This document shows positions 37,690 to 52,020 of a stretch of DNA of 64,000 nt, in pieces. Within the stretch, counting starts at the first letter, position 1. The number at the start of each line of letters is the position of its first letter. Under the pieces are notes generated by a model. The model worked only from the letters and a program-made list of their open reading frames with translations. It was not told where the DNA came from and did not search any database. Made by a program: the position numbers and the translations under genes. Origin of the DNA: Torpedo marmorata (lineage: Eukaryota); contig OZ360249.1 of the NCBI GenBank assembly GCA_977017645.1, positions 35,340,001 to 35,404,000 of the forward strand, read 5' to 3'.

Positions 37690-38010
37690 ACCAAGAAGGG
37701 CTTGCGAAGGGCCTCATGTGTGGAAGGCTTTCTGATCGTGTCAGAGGTTTGGATCTGGAGCTGGAGTTGCTAATGGATCGAACAGGGTTCTGTGCGGTTG
37801 GAGAGGCTGTGGGAACGCTGGAGGCAAATCCACTGACATTCAGTGTCTTTGAAGGGACTCTCTTTTGCTACTCTTTCTCTCTTGCTGTAAGGGCTGCCAG
37901 GCAATACTAATGGTGGCTGTTTATCTGCCTTACGGCATACAAAAGGACATTTTGTGTAATATTACATTTTCTGTATTATTACATGACAATAAAGGAATCT
38001 TGAAATCTTA
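37690..38010 (+). mobile_element. Family D-related retroelement 3' fragment
   Basis: gaggtttggatctggagct...gctggaggcaaatc...ctctttctctcttgctgtaaggg...catgacaataaaggaatcttgaaatctt. Confidence 0.7.
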
Positions 38011-40306
38011 AAACTTTATTCATTTTTTGCATGTTCTTTCCAAAACTGACTTTAAAATAATTTGAAATACATGTACTTTGTATTCTACATTTAATAAATG
38101 AGCTACTATTATATTATGGAGTCTATCAATTCTTGAAAATACCCATTACTTTATCATATTAGTTGCATTTTTTGCTGATTTGGCATGCTTTTGACTACAA
38201 TTGAATTGTAACAAATTTAGCCGATGATGTCTCCATAATTTCCTCATCATATCTGAACAAAAGTACATAATATGTTATGCATGGATTTCACTTTGAATTT
38301 ACTGAACCAAGTATTAGATTAAGTTAATTATGTTTGATGAAGTAATCCATGATAGTTCAAGAACAACTGTTTTATATTATTTTCTGGAAGAGACATAGCA
38401 TCAAACTGTAATAATAGCACATCCATGTAATGTGATAGAGGCACCAATTAAATTGCCAAGTGTAGTGTCCTATGACCTTATGTCAGAAATGTACATGTCA
38501 AATATAAAAACAACCTCTGACCTCTCAAAATGTAAAGGTCCATTAAGTCCTCCAATATTAAATGACACATTGGAAGAAAATCAAAACTCCATGCGCAATT
38601 TCTGTATATTTCAAACGAGATACCATTCTCCAATGATCATTTAGTTGCAGAAGATTCCATGATTTCTAAACCATATTGATAAATCGATCATGGATTTGAT
38701 CCTATTTATTGTGGGATGCATAAAAACAAAAACAAATAATTCAGGGTGAACTAATGGAGGGGTTGAACAGTTGCAAAGATATGCATGAAGGAATGATATT
38801 TATGCGAAAAAAAATCATAATGTATAGACGTTGCCATTATATGGTTGCCTGAAATATTACAAACAGTAATCTATTGAGTATTGTTTGTCGGTGGAAAGAA
38901 TTTCAGATTTTTGGAATACAATTTTCTATGAGTTCAAACATTGATTTCCTTTGTCTTTAATCTGCTGAATTAATCATACTTTAAGTAATATTATGAAATG
39001 ATGCATCATAATGACTTCACAGATTATAATAGGTATAATTATCATCATGAATGCTATAAAAATAAACAACACTTCACTGGGAGCATTGCTTTAATAATGG
39101 TATCCCATCATTAAACTGAAAATTGCTAACCTTGTCTTATCTCACAGCAGGGCACCGAAATACTGCTGCTGGATAATTGAAAAATTAGTTTCTTTCTGTG
39201 GATTGATAGTGTGCGGTTTACACGTCAGTTGTCTTCCTTCCACCACTTAGAAGTGTTATAAAGTATTAGAAAAGAAACACTTAAAAAAAAGTTCTGAATG
39301 CTTTGGAACTAAATAGATCGATGTCCTTTAAAAAACATGTTTGTTTATTAGTTTAATTGAAAGCGAAAGGATTGACTGCTCATGACAATACCCAGCTACA
39401 TTTAAATATTAACCTCAGACCTTCATATCCCTCTTGCATATGGACATAATGTGCTGTGAGTCAGAAAGTCCTGGAATGAAGGCAATATTTTATCTAAACT
39501 CAGCAAACGCATGCATTCAGCAGTCGAGACAGGTAGTCTATGTCACAGGAGAAACCTTGACCCTATCTGGATCTGCATGAGAGGTGTTAATTGAGAAGAT
39601 GGTGTAATCTATGCAGTTTATTGTCCGGAAGCTGAGGTCGAAGTTTATTTCCATTTTTCCCTCACGGATAACAATGATTTTTGCATTTTCAGAATGTGGA
39701 GCTTTCTGATGCTGGCAGAATTGTTACTGAGCAGCAGGTTCCATTATATAAGCAATGTGAGTTATATAATCATAAAGTTATAGAAATGATGTTTCTGTAC
39801 ATAGGATCTTTCTCAAGGCTGCCAAACCTCACACAATTCATATTTTGTATAGCATGGTGCTATATATTCTGCAATGCCAATCTCCTCCTCAGTGTGTCTG
39901 CGCTGCAACCATTCATAAACATTCAATAGGAGGAACAAGGGAAATGAAACTGCATTTACTTCCATGGTTCTACGAACAATACTCCGCTATTAATTAGCTT
40001 AATATTACAAAGAACATCATCCTCAAAAGTTGGGTATAGGACAACCCGGAGTCCTTTTGTCAGAGCTTGAGGCAGATAAGTTTTTGTTGAGTGAGGGTCT
40101 TGTCATGCCTCTTGGTTAACTCAGCACACTCAAGGAGAACAGATTGGAGTGTTGGTCTTTGTTGGAACCCAAACTGGATACAATAAGAATGAATGAGTAA
40201 TGAACCTCCTTCAGACCCTCAGTGCTTCTCACAGTTTTCAGAGTCAACCCAAACAAGAAAAACGCCAGACAAAAAGCACTAGTCTATTTTCATATATTTT
40301 GGTTCA

Positions 40307-40313
<7 letters not shown>

Positions 40314-40348
<35 letters not shown>
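40314..40348. repeat. (TA)n microsatellite
   Basis: About 17 TA units. Confidence 0.95.
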
Positions 40349-40354
<6 letters not shown>

Positions 40355-43300
40355 TTTTAGGACATCTTCCCCCTGCTGCACCCCACTTCAAAAACATGTA
40401 AGATGACGCTGGATAAGTATGATTCAGACATTACGTCTCCTCACTTATTTGCTATTTTCAGCACCATTGCACCAAATAGGAAATAGCTGTGAGTAGGTAG
40501 CACATTAATATTTAAATTAAGTGGTAATAATGGGGCCACCATTTGTGTCACTCCTACCAGCACCAGTCAAATTGGAATTACTGTGTGAGATCCTGGGTAT
40601 GTAATTTGCCTTTAACAAATAAAAATAAATAAAATATATCTCCCCAGATGGCCACCACCATCAGGGGTTAATGCCCTGTGGTTTTTCCTCCCCCCGTATA
40701 ATTCTCCATCCCTGTATTATAACAAAATGGCACAGAGATGAAGGGTAGTGGTCCACAAGCCTTTTGAATAGGTCCTAATTAGTTGCTTCTGCATTGTCAT
40801 TCCTTCAGCTTCAAACCCATGGAGGTACACAACCTAAACAATTGATGACATGAGGTAAATATCGTTTGGCCAAAAAATAATAATGTGTAGGGTCTGACAT
40901 GAGCAAAAAATAAACCTCTAATTTTCATTCAGAACTGAAGACAATGAATTCGAAAATGTCTTTCCTCACTTTAGCAGCTAGTATAAATCGATAAAAAAAT
41001 AACTTGTGGAACAACAATATGATACTTGTATTTTCAACTGACATTTAATGATAGGTATCGGTGTCAGTAAGGAACTGTATCTTGAGATGAGTTTGTAGAG
41101 TTACTTAAACTTAGAAAGATTTGATTCGATTAATGATAACTCAGCAAGGGGAAATAAAAAAAAACTGACATTGCTACCTGTGATAATAGTTTATTTGTCT
41201 GCTTTAAAAAAATAACATAATTCTCAATTTAATTTTGACCTGGTACGAATTATTATTTGAAAAGACGGGCAGGGTAAAATGTGGTAGCTCACTTGTGAAC
41301 CCTTTGTTGATGTCCAGGCAAGAGGCTGATTTAAAAATATACATTTGTCAATTAAAAACACAAAAGCACATACAGCAGTTCTTATCGTGATATGTGATTT
41401 TCAGGAGTAGAGAAAGAGTTATTTTACTTTTTTAAATAGCTTTTTTTGGGGCTTTGAGCACAGTGTAGCTTGGAGAAACCTTGGAAATGGCAATGGCGAT
41501 GAACAGGTGAAAGTACATTGAAACAAAACATTAAAATCGACGACTTGATATAAAGTACCGCGGTGCCCTCATGGGGAAAAACAGCCAGTTATGCACACGG
41601 CAATATCACAAGAGTGAAAGATAATCCTAATTTCCACACCTGGTAAATCACAAGTGATATAATTTAGTGAAACATTGTGCACAAGATATTTCTTCCTAAA
41701 ATATTAGCAGCTATTTATATCGCCCGAAATGTGATACAAAATCAAACTGGGATGACATATATTACTTTTCAACCTTTTTAGAATACACATTATCAACATA
41801 TTCACTTTGAAAGTACAAAATGTCAATATGTCAATGAAAATAGTGATACAAGTAACTGAGTTAATAGATCTCAGTACGTCTGTGAGTTAAAGCCTTCATA
41901 ATTATTTTGAATATAATATTCCCACATCATTCATTTACTGTTCTTTGTGCTATCAAGGTAAAGTCATAACTCGTGAAACTGAATTAAAACACCAAGGATA
42001 TTTTAATCAGATAATCAGAACAAACAGCAAAATAGCAGTCAATACAATATATGGAATATTAAAAAATTCCCATAACCAGATCTGTCTACATTACACTAAT
42101 TATTGATAAAACAGCAACTGTAATTAAAAATACCATTGTATAATAACTTTTGGGAAATGGGTGAAATTGCATTCTGCGTTCTATTAGAGCTCAAGGTCTA
42201 ATTATTTTCCTTGGCCTCAAACAAAATTAATAACACGGAAAGCAGTTTAATAAAGTCAGATATTCTCTTAAGGTAATTGTTTTTTTCTTTCTCCTTGCTT
42301 TTCATTTTACCTTAATTTTTCAGAAGGTGAAAAGCGGGCAACAGCGATGCTTAATACAGCTCCCCCTGCTCTAGGGAGCCACTGGCAAGGGACAAAATGA
42401 GGAGGTGACAGCAAAACTGGGGAAAGTTCAACACAACGAGGATGTGGATTAGTGGAGGCCTCCGCTGGTGGCTGTTGCGATCTCACAGGTCATTCTATTT
42501 CAATGCCATCTGGTGCTCTTCACAAATAGGAAATGGAATTCTCAAATGACATGAAAATGCAGAATTATCTGGCAAAGTATGCATGCATTATGCAAAACAT
42601 TAGTCTCCGAAATATATCCAACCTACTTGGTATTCTCACCTTTAGGTACGTCGGAGTTTTAGTTTGTGAGAGACCAGTTATTTTCCTTATGCTTTAAGTA
42701 CCGCAGTGTATTCCAGCACCAAATTGGAGTTCAATTAAAGTGGTGTGCTTGAAGTCGATGAGGAAATAGTTTTAGGCTTTCTGCCCACTATTCTTTTGCA
42801 ATGAATATGACAGTGATAAAACCTGTTTGTGCGTCAGCTTGAAACTTTAATTGACACTAGCCCCTAAACAGCTCACTCTGACAAAAGCCATTGCTGCCAA
42901 CAATTTATGAGTTTCCTTGAATCTATCATGCCAACAAAAATGTAAACCTTGTTCAGACAAGATAAATTACCAGTAAATTTCACGTCAGCAGTCAACTGTC
43001 CAGACAGTTAATAGATCACAAGGCCTTTTTTTAAACACTTGCATTGAAACCCTCTCTTCTTCTGTGTACCATGTATGCACATGGATAAAATTATCTTTTT
43101 AAACTGTCTCCTCTTATCAAGGCATTTGTATAACTTTAAACAACTAACACCAAAGTATACCAATTTATCAATATCTTGAATTTTAGATTTAAAAAGTGAT
43201 AAATACAAGCTTTTGAAATTAAACCATCTGGATAAAAGGTAACATTGCACTGTCATATCTTAAAAAAACACAATCAAACCTTATAGACTATTGCTTTTGC

Positions 43301-43524
43301 ATTCCAAAGTATTATAATTTTGAAATTATAATTTGTCCTATAATATCAAATAAGTTTGATTTTAAAGGTGAATTATATTTGTAGACTCAACTTATTGTTT
43401 GCAAGTCCCTATCATTGTAATTCATTTGTTACTCAGACATCCTGAATGTGAACTGATTGAAGTCATGGCAGAGAATGCAGAAACCTTAACGTATATCATG
43501 AAAACATGAAACAAATAAAAACAA

Positions 43525-43640
43525 AAAAGTTACCTTGATGAAGGGCTCAAGCCCGAAACGTTGGTTATGTATCTTTGTCTTTGCGATATAAAGTCCACTG
43601 TTTGACCTTCTCAGTTTCTCCAGCATTATATTTTTACAAA
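43525..43640 (-). mobile_element. Penelope-like pseudo-LTR fragment
   Basis: ccttgatgaagggctcaagcccgaaacgttggttatgtatc...agtttctccagcatt is the reverse complement of 17460. Confidence 0.75.
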
Positions 43641-44429
43641 CAAATGTAGCATGCAGCTTTAATGATATAGAGCAAAAAATATTGTTCTAAGTCCACAATG
43701 ATCCTTCAGATGATATAATGAAAGCTAATCTTGTCATTTTGAGTAAAACCATGTCACCTTTTATGTGCTTGAGTATTTCATAATAACTTCTAATGTTTTC
43801 AAAACAACATATTTTACATTTTCAAAATTACTAAGAATTTATCTGAAATATTAGCAATTCTGCAGTCTACAATTACATTAATTTTTGCTTCAAACACAAG
43901 CATTAAAACTAAAGAGAGAGGTTTATTTCTGTGGTCTCCCTGTTGACACACAACATGATTCTTTCTGGTCAGAATCCAAACCCTGGTTTAAGTATTTGAA
44001 GCATGCCTGAATTTTTCAGTTGTAGTCTATTCAGTCACAAGGAGCACAGAAGCTCTGCCAGCTCTTGGCAACTGTGCCAAGATGAACACAGTCACTGAAA
44101 AGTGGGGTTGGCATTTTTAAACAGAGGGCTCACATTCCACCAGCATTCCCTCAGCCTAAACCTTTTGGTAATAAAATAAAGCACAAGCTCTCTCATGTCA
44201 GGGGTAAGAGAAAAAGAAGCTGGCAATCTATCCGAAACAATGAAATCCAGAATCTAACGACGGCAACCTTACAGATGACAAATAGAATGCTAATTAGAAT
44301 TCAGCTATTTTTTTTTCTCTCTATGACAGATGAGGGATGCCCCCTATTGACTCTACCAAGCAAGCTGAAGGAAAGGGTCTTACTAGCATAGACTGCAGAT
44401 TGCAAATTGCAGTGAAACTCATGCCAAGT

Positions 44430-44437
44430 CCCCCCCC

Positions 44438-44474
<37 letters not shown>
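44430..44474. repeat. poly-C + (CT)n microsatellite
   Basis: Read directly. Confidence 0.9.
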
Positions 44475-44475
<1 letters not shown>

Positions 44476-47400
44476 AGAACCTGGCACCACATTTTGAATT
44501 GCAAGAGAAAAAGGGTATATGATGAGGAGATATGTTTTCCACTGTTCAGAGGTTCAATTGTGATATAAGGACCTGTATCTTTATCTATTCATAGATACAA
44601 TTGAACTGAGATGAGATGCTTTTTCGGTATTCTCTATAACTTTACTCTGCATAATATTATAAATGCTGAATAGTAAAACTAAAAGCAAAAATAAAGAAGA
44701 GAACCATCAATTTTCTCCATAGTAGCATGTGTTTTTTCAGGTTGTAACATGGATTGAAGGGCAAGAACATAAACAATTATTTGAATCACCAGATTTAGAA
44801 TGAAATAAATTAGAGCATTCAATACGTGCTTTTGAAAAATAAGCATTTTAAATAAAATGTTGCTACGATTACTGCAGTTAACTGCTCTTGCTAACATTAG
44901 TGCTCTCCATAATATTACCCAATACATATTTTGGAAGATTATTGGGAGGGAGATCACTGCCCTTGCTCACCCTCGGATCTGTTGAGCAAATATACAGCCC
45001 GCAGCATGTCTGATCAATGTACATGTCGTAGTTTTAAAATAAAATTAATACCAATACAGTATATGTTTATTACTTTGGCCATATTTGAGGTGATAATAGC
45101 TCTTGATTCCCCAATTTACTTTGGTTGAATCTGTGCCTAAAATAACTTAACTTAGTGTCTCAACTGAACCACAGGTAGAAATTAATGAGCAAGTGAAAGA
45201 CAGGGTTGGCTCCTTTACCAGACTACCAACCATAGGTTCCTCCATTTCTCAAGAGCCCTTAGGCTTTACTTAATGCTGAGGCATACAAAGAACTACCAAG
45301 CTCAATCAGAACTGAGATATGTATAGGTGGCTGACTTTAGGTTTGCAGCAAAATAATTCTTTGACGCTAGGTTGTTTATTGTTATTTTACTTCTGATTAA
45401 TGAAAGCAAATTAGCACTTAAACTTTATACACAGGCAAGCGTAGAACTTTAAATTTTCTGATTTTTGGAAGGTTGCCTGCATGCATCCTTAATGCCATGG
45501 GTCAAACATGTGTGCATTGGTCCATAATATCACATTATACATTTTTCTTGCATGATTACTGGAAGCGATCCTGGCCTGTGAATACCACAAGACAATAATG
45601 CAGCACACAGCAGGCCTCATTAATGTCTGTGCTCTATTTGACCTAATAAATAGAATGGAATTGCTGGATTGTAAGAAAAATTATTTACAATGCAAAATCT
45701 TTTTCCTTTAATATATTTATTACACCCGTGACCCCCCTCCCAACTTGCTCAGTAAATCAAATAGTCACACTTCTTCTCCAAATGGTATTAATATAATTCA
45801 GACAGCCTGCAATCTCATTTCCTACATTGCAAGAAATATTTATTTCCCTTATGGACAAAAGTCACAGATTGCAGATGCAGCTGCCTAGGTGCAAATTGCA
45901 ATATGTGTATGGATATTTACTGAAGGAAATATAAGCAATATACTTTCATTGAGGGAGGCACCAGCTAATCTTGCAGTAGCGTCGATGTGTGGATACCTTA
46001 TCTTTCCAGTGTCTGCCTACTATTATAAAGCTCCCTTTTTCTACCTAAGTAATGAGAATAATGCACAGAAAAATACAAATTTTTCCAAAGAAACCGTCCA
46101 GATTACTTCTGTGAGCCTCAGCCTTTATTAAACAACCCGAGTTTCATTAGACATCCAAAATCCAAGGGCAAGATAAAGTGCAATAGCACAGTTTCTGCTT
46201 TCATGAGGATTCTGAGCTGAGCCTTCGAAATGAAAAGCTTCGACACATGGTGACGGACCCAGGGCGGCTGAATGACAGATCTATTTCTCCCGCTCTCTGA
46301 TAAGAGTTGGAGGGACAGTGACACTTTTTTCCCCTCAAAAAAAACATTGACTAGTTCAAGAGCTTTTCATTAGTATCCCCCACTGTCTGGGAAACAATAT
46401 CTTGGGTTATATTTTTTTTCTGTAGGACAAGAAAAAATGCGAAGGGTCTGTATTTTTCACTCCGTAGCTGATAGACATGTCTTACAGCGAGAATGAGGCT
46501 TTCCCTTTTGTTTATCATGAGAATAAGATGAAAGGCCTATTGCTATGTCTGAGTGCATAACCACATGGAACATATCTTTCAAAATAATAGTCATGCGTTT
46601 TATATACTTTGAACAAGAAAGGTTCAATCTCTTGCTGTGAGCTATCTTGGCTAATTGTCATATGCAAATGAGAGCAATTACAAAGCTTTTAGGTGAGGAT
46701 GACAGCTGAGGTTGTCAGTTGAGTAGGCCTCACCTACCTTGTTGCCATAACAACACAAGAGGATGGAATCAACAGACAAATGGGAAGAAAAAACAAAGTG
46801 TTTTTCTGCTTAACTTCAGAGAAATAAAATTAAATTGTAATTAGTAATGAGTGTTATAGAAAGTAGTGTCTAGTCAGCAGGGTAACGTTGGTCAAAGAAA
46901 CATTGTTGGTTGAATTTCTTTTATTTATTATAACACATGGAAACACCACAGCAGTAAAGCAAAATGCTGCACACATCCTAAATATAAATTTTACTCACAA
47001 ATGGATATTTTCTATGGCAATTTATTTCACAATTACTCTTGTGGAAGCTTTCATGAATTATATATGAGTTTCGTCTCTGAATTAGGTGTTATAAAGCTAA
47101 ATTACAAGAGGCAGCCAGTAATTGAGGTGCCAGTGACACAGACCTACTGAACTAATCTTCAGCTGTGTCATGTGACCACCTCATAACCAATAGCAAATCC
47201 CTGCTGTCAAAAACAGGGCAACTGAGAAAATTGATTTTTCATATGAGCAATATTTGATAGCTTTTGAAATCAAAAATTGAAATTAACTAACCTAAGCCCC
47301 TTCAGTACAAAGAGCAAATTAAAACTGCAACAGCAAGCCTATTGATAGTGTGAAATACTGCCAAGGTGAATTTGTAAATATATTTTCAGCTGCTTCCTCC

Positions 47401-50400
47401 TTTACTTGCTTACTGTGAAGTAAATGCACACACCGATTATTTACCCAACGTGGTGACTGACTACACACTGTTAGTAGGGTGGAGTACTTGCTGACTACAA
47501 GCTATACAAATGGAATTTTCTGTCTTCACTCACTTGGGGTTTCAAGTAAAGCAGCAAATTTTGTGAGCATCAAAATATGCCATGGTTCAGCAAAAAATAC
47601 ATTTTGTTCCACAAACATCCCAATAATTAAATACACCATTTGTTCTAAATAGTTCAAATTGGTAATATTTAAAAAAACTAGCAGCAGAAATAACTGCAAT
47701 ATCTTGAATGCCTAAGTTGGGTGTTTGAAGATGGCTGCTTCTTGGAAATGCCTTTTGACAACAATGGGTTTTCAATGGTTTACCTTTCACCAACTAATAT
47801 TTTAAAAGTCCACTTTCTTTCATAAACACTGGATAGTTGAAGAGAATGTATTTTTAAAATGAAAGAGAGACAGAAAATGTTCATTGTAAAGATACTGCTG
47901 GAATTTGTACATGGTTAGAATGAAACAAAACATAGTCAGACCATTAAATTAATCTGTGCAATAGTAATATTTAAACATTCACTGCATTTGTATTGAATTT
48001 CTGCTATTTTGTAGGTGTTCACTATTAAAATAAAATAAATGACATACTCCCTTAACACAATTGGAAGCAAAAGAATTTAATGAAGGTATATTAGGGATTT
48101 GTAGTTTAAAATAGTCTAATATTAATCTACAGTTTTATAATCTTTATATTTGATTAAATGCCAAATTTATTTGAGCATTGACTTTGGTGAATCCATGTAA
48201 AAGTAAAATTAATTCCCCAGAATACTTTATTATTTATCATGAATTTATCTAAGCCTATAATCATGGCTCATCCCTCTATATCTATTCTCTGCATTTATTT
48301 TATCCAGTGAGTAGCTCATTAGATAGTTCAAGAAGGTCTCAGGGTCAATGGCTGGTATGGTCTGAGTTGGCTGAGTCAGAATGTGGCAGCAGCAGGTGGA
48401 TTCCATTTGACTCCAGTGCCGAAGGTACAAATTGGCCAAGCTTTCTGCAGCTGACTGCCACTCCGCAACCTTTCTGGGATTTGATGTGCGAGACAAATGC
48501 AACTTCACCTGAGCGACATTATAATGCTAGAACTTTATTTTTTTTCAACACATTGTATGCAAAATAAGTCTCAGCTAATTGGCGACATGCAGCTTTTAAA
48601 ATGAGGAAACCAGTGTCCTCGGTTGCAATGCCCTCTTGGCAAGATAGCCTGCCAATCAATGTCAGGGTTCACACATGAAGAATTGCCACTTGGAATGCAT
48701 GCAAGACTGTTGAAACTGTGCCCTAACTGGGAAGCAATAAGGGAAGAGAGTAAATTGATGAAGAAACAGAATGGATACTTAATCTTTAATTAAGTGGGAT
48801 TTAGGCAAGCAAACAGACTGGAAAACCTGTTTTCAGTTGTTTGTTTTTGCCTTGTTACAATTTTCTCTGTTACTACTAATCTGAATTGCTGCTTTTTGAC
48901 AAGTCAAAAACCTGTGGTGAGTTGGAGAGAGGTACTATAAGGGATTTAAACTGAATGACTCAACCTAGAAGATGACACAACTATATCAGGTCAAGTTCTT
49001 TGCATTCATGTGAAAACACCTTAATGAAGCATCCAAGCTTTACTTCATCCATTTTAATTAAACTAACTTTACATTATCCATCAAAAGTTGAAATGCTTTC
49101 ATAGATTTGTAATGTGGTGCATTGAAGAAAATTCGCATTGCAGCAAATATTATCGGCTCAAGTCAGTGCCAAAGTTGACGCCAGCTAATTATTTTCTTCC
49201 AGATATTGTTGTCAACTCGTTAACCTCATCTCACTTAGACTGGGTGAAATTGGCCATCTCAAAATTTTTTCAGAGCAGACTGAAGGGCTAGCAGCAGTCA
49301 TGTTCCTTCACTTTTGTAATATTTACAATAAATTATGTGGCAATTTCATAAGAATATATCTGTGGGGTGCATAGAATGTGATGCTTTGGGAATACTGATT
49401 TACTCAATATTGGCATATTTTTGAGCTGATTGTTTGAAGATCCTGGGCAGTAATAGCATAAAGAAACATTAGGTGGGAGAGGGTTAATGAGGAGGAGAAT
49501 AATTGTTCCTTCAAGGGAGGTACCTAGAACAGGAGTTTTTGTCAATCATAACACACAATGGGGAAACATGGCTTCCTCTAGGTAGAGTACTTAGCAGAGC
49601 TAATGAGGAGGAAGAAAGCTTATTCCCTCCAGAGAGTCAACTAAGGTAGTTTCATGAAGGTAGGTAAGGTACTGTCTCTGGTCACTGCTGGCAGGAAGAC
49701 TCAGGAGGGAAGCATTTACTCCAATAGATGGTGTAATAAGATAATCAGTCCTGACAGTCAGGAACAGGAGAAAGAAAGTTAGTCTCCCTGGAGAGCTCTT
49801 ACAGTGGAGTTGAGGTGAGAGTGTGTATCTCTTCTTCCACAGAGAGAAGGTAGGCCGGAGGAAATAGGTTGGAGGTCAAGGAGCTTCCAGCACTCCAAAT
49901 CTCAAGATAGATGTGGTAAACTACAATTATTGGCTGGTGTAAATAATTTAATCACAAGCTTGTTAACTTGTATTATTTCATGCCAATTGAGAGATTATAG
50001 TTAATACCAAAAATGATGTGAAGCAGATGTGTGAAAGCTTGTGAGATATTGTTTCATGCATGTAACATGTTAATCTCAAATGGAGCAGACATATATAAAT
50101 AAATGTATGAAACTTCAAAATCGAGATATTACATTGGGAAGAGGAGAAGGAGAGAATTTTGATATTGTCTCAAGCTCTGCAAATCCCAATTGCTGATGGA
50201 AGCAGCGGGCATGGAGGTAATCATAGCGCACACCATTCTATCACTCACAACCAAAGCTGGGTGCATTAAGCAGATAACAATGGGGGGGGGGGGGGAATGA
50301 AGGAAAAACTGTCCAAAGTATCAGGATGAAGTTTTTCAGCCGTAGAGGGCAATTTGCTTTTGTCAAGACTGGAAATATTATCGATTACCAACAAATGATT

Positions 50401-50830
50401 CCTATCATTTGCCTAAAGCGATTTTGAACAGAAAGATTTTGAAATTACAACTTTTTTATGTGTCTAAAAAAGAAAAAAGAATAGACAGAGATCAAATTTT
50501 GATTATTAGTGATATATTACAATGTCACCAAAGAAAATTTGGTTTTGCCTATGAACAGCGTTGGTTACAAAATGTGAATAATTTAATAATCTAACCTATT
50601 ATAAACTCAAACACCATGCAACAATCTGAATTTTGTCTCTAATATCAGCTATAATAACCTACAAATCAATCATTAAAATTGCTAATACAGTAATCCCATT
50701 CAAGGTGCTGGCATTATATGGAGCTAAATATGGCTAAAATGTGAATAGTTTGAATTCCATTTTATTGATAATTTGATTTGAAAATGAAATAAAATTTTTA
50801 GGTGGCATAATTTACATCTTGTATCAAGAG

Positions 50831-51418
50831 ATCAGAATCAGAATCAGAGTCAGAATTTATTGTCATGAACAAGTCATGAAATTCGGTGTTTTGCAGCAGC
50901 ATCATAGTGCAATTAACATTCATATTAACAATCTAACGACATTACTATAAAAAATTATAAACAATAGTGCACGAAAAGTAAGGCAGTGTCTTTGGTTCAT
51001 TGATTATTCAGGAATCTGATGGCAGCGGGGAAGTAGCTGTCCTTGTGCCGTTGAGTGCTCGTCTTTAGGCTCCTGTACCTTTTTCCCGATGGAAGCAGAG
51101 TGAAGAGGGCATGGCCTGGGTGGTGGGGGTCTTTGAGGATAGAGGCTGCTTTTTTAAGACACCGCCTCATGTAGCTGTCCTCGATGGAGTGAAGTTTGGT
51201 GCCTGTGATGTCGCAGGCCGAGTTAACAACCTTCTGGAGTTTACTCTTGTCCTGGGAGTTGGCGCCTCCATACCAGGCAGTGATGCAACCAGCCAGAATG
51301 CTCTCCACTGTACACCTGTAGAAGTTTACGAGAGTCTTTGGTGACATACCGAATCTCCGCAAACACCTCACAAAGTATAGCCGCTGACGAGCCTTCTTTG
51401 TGATTGCATCCACGTGGA
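50831..51418 (-). mobile_element. 5'-truncated Rex1/Babar LINE (family A)
   Basis: ORF 50997-51413 and an (ATCAGA)n tail on the + strand. Confidence 0.93.
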
Positions 51419-51589
51419 TATGGATAATGTTGACATTAGACCATCATGTGAAATGTATGTTGACCTTCTGCCTTAGAGGAAGAGACAGACTATCAAAGGA
51501 TATTATTTCTCATTGAAAACGCAAAATTATGGAGATGCACAGCAAGCCAATTCAACCCATCATGTCCAGGATTAATATAGGATCTACCG

Positions 51590-52020
51590 TACTTAAAAAT
51601 TGCATGGTATGCTGGCCCAACCATTTTAAAATGTTTCATCAATAACCTTCTCTTCATAATAAGGCCAAATCAAGATGTATATTGATGACTGTGCAATTCT
51701 GAATTCCATTCACAGGACCTCACATAATGAACTAGTCTTTTTCTGCATGTTACATATCCTGGATGACATTCAGAGCTGGCCTACGAAATGCAAGCAATGA
51801 CACTCTCCAACAACAGAGAGTTCATCCATCTCTTCTTGGAACTCAGTTGATGTGCTGCTGCAGTCTTATACCTTTATCACCCAAAGTCTGAAACTTAACT
51901 TGTCCAGCCACCTAATTACTGCGACTCTAAGGAGTGACTCACCTCCCTCCACCCCATGTACCATCAACAAAGATCAACTCAGAAATGCTATGGAATACTC
52001 TCCACTTGCCTTCCAACAAT
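51590..52020 (+). mobile_element. Old L2/CR1-group LINE RT fragment
   Basis: Decayed 'GP.IF.CFINNL..IIR...MYIDDC' region and gaaatgctatggaatactctccacttgcc. Confidence 0.5.

Noticed and set aside
40456-40476. TTCAGCACC, a possible REST/RE1 site (similar at ~42711 and ~53269)
   Set aside because: Only the left half-site is present; the GGACAG half is missing.
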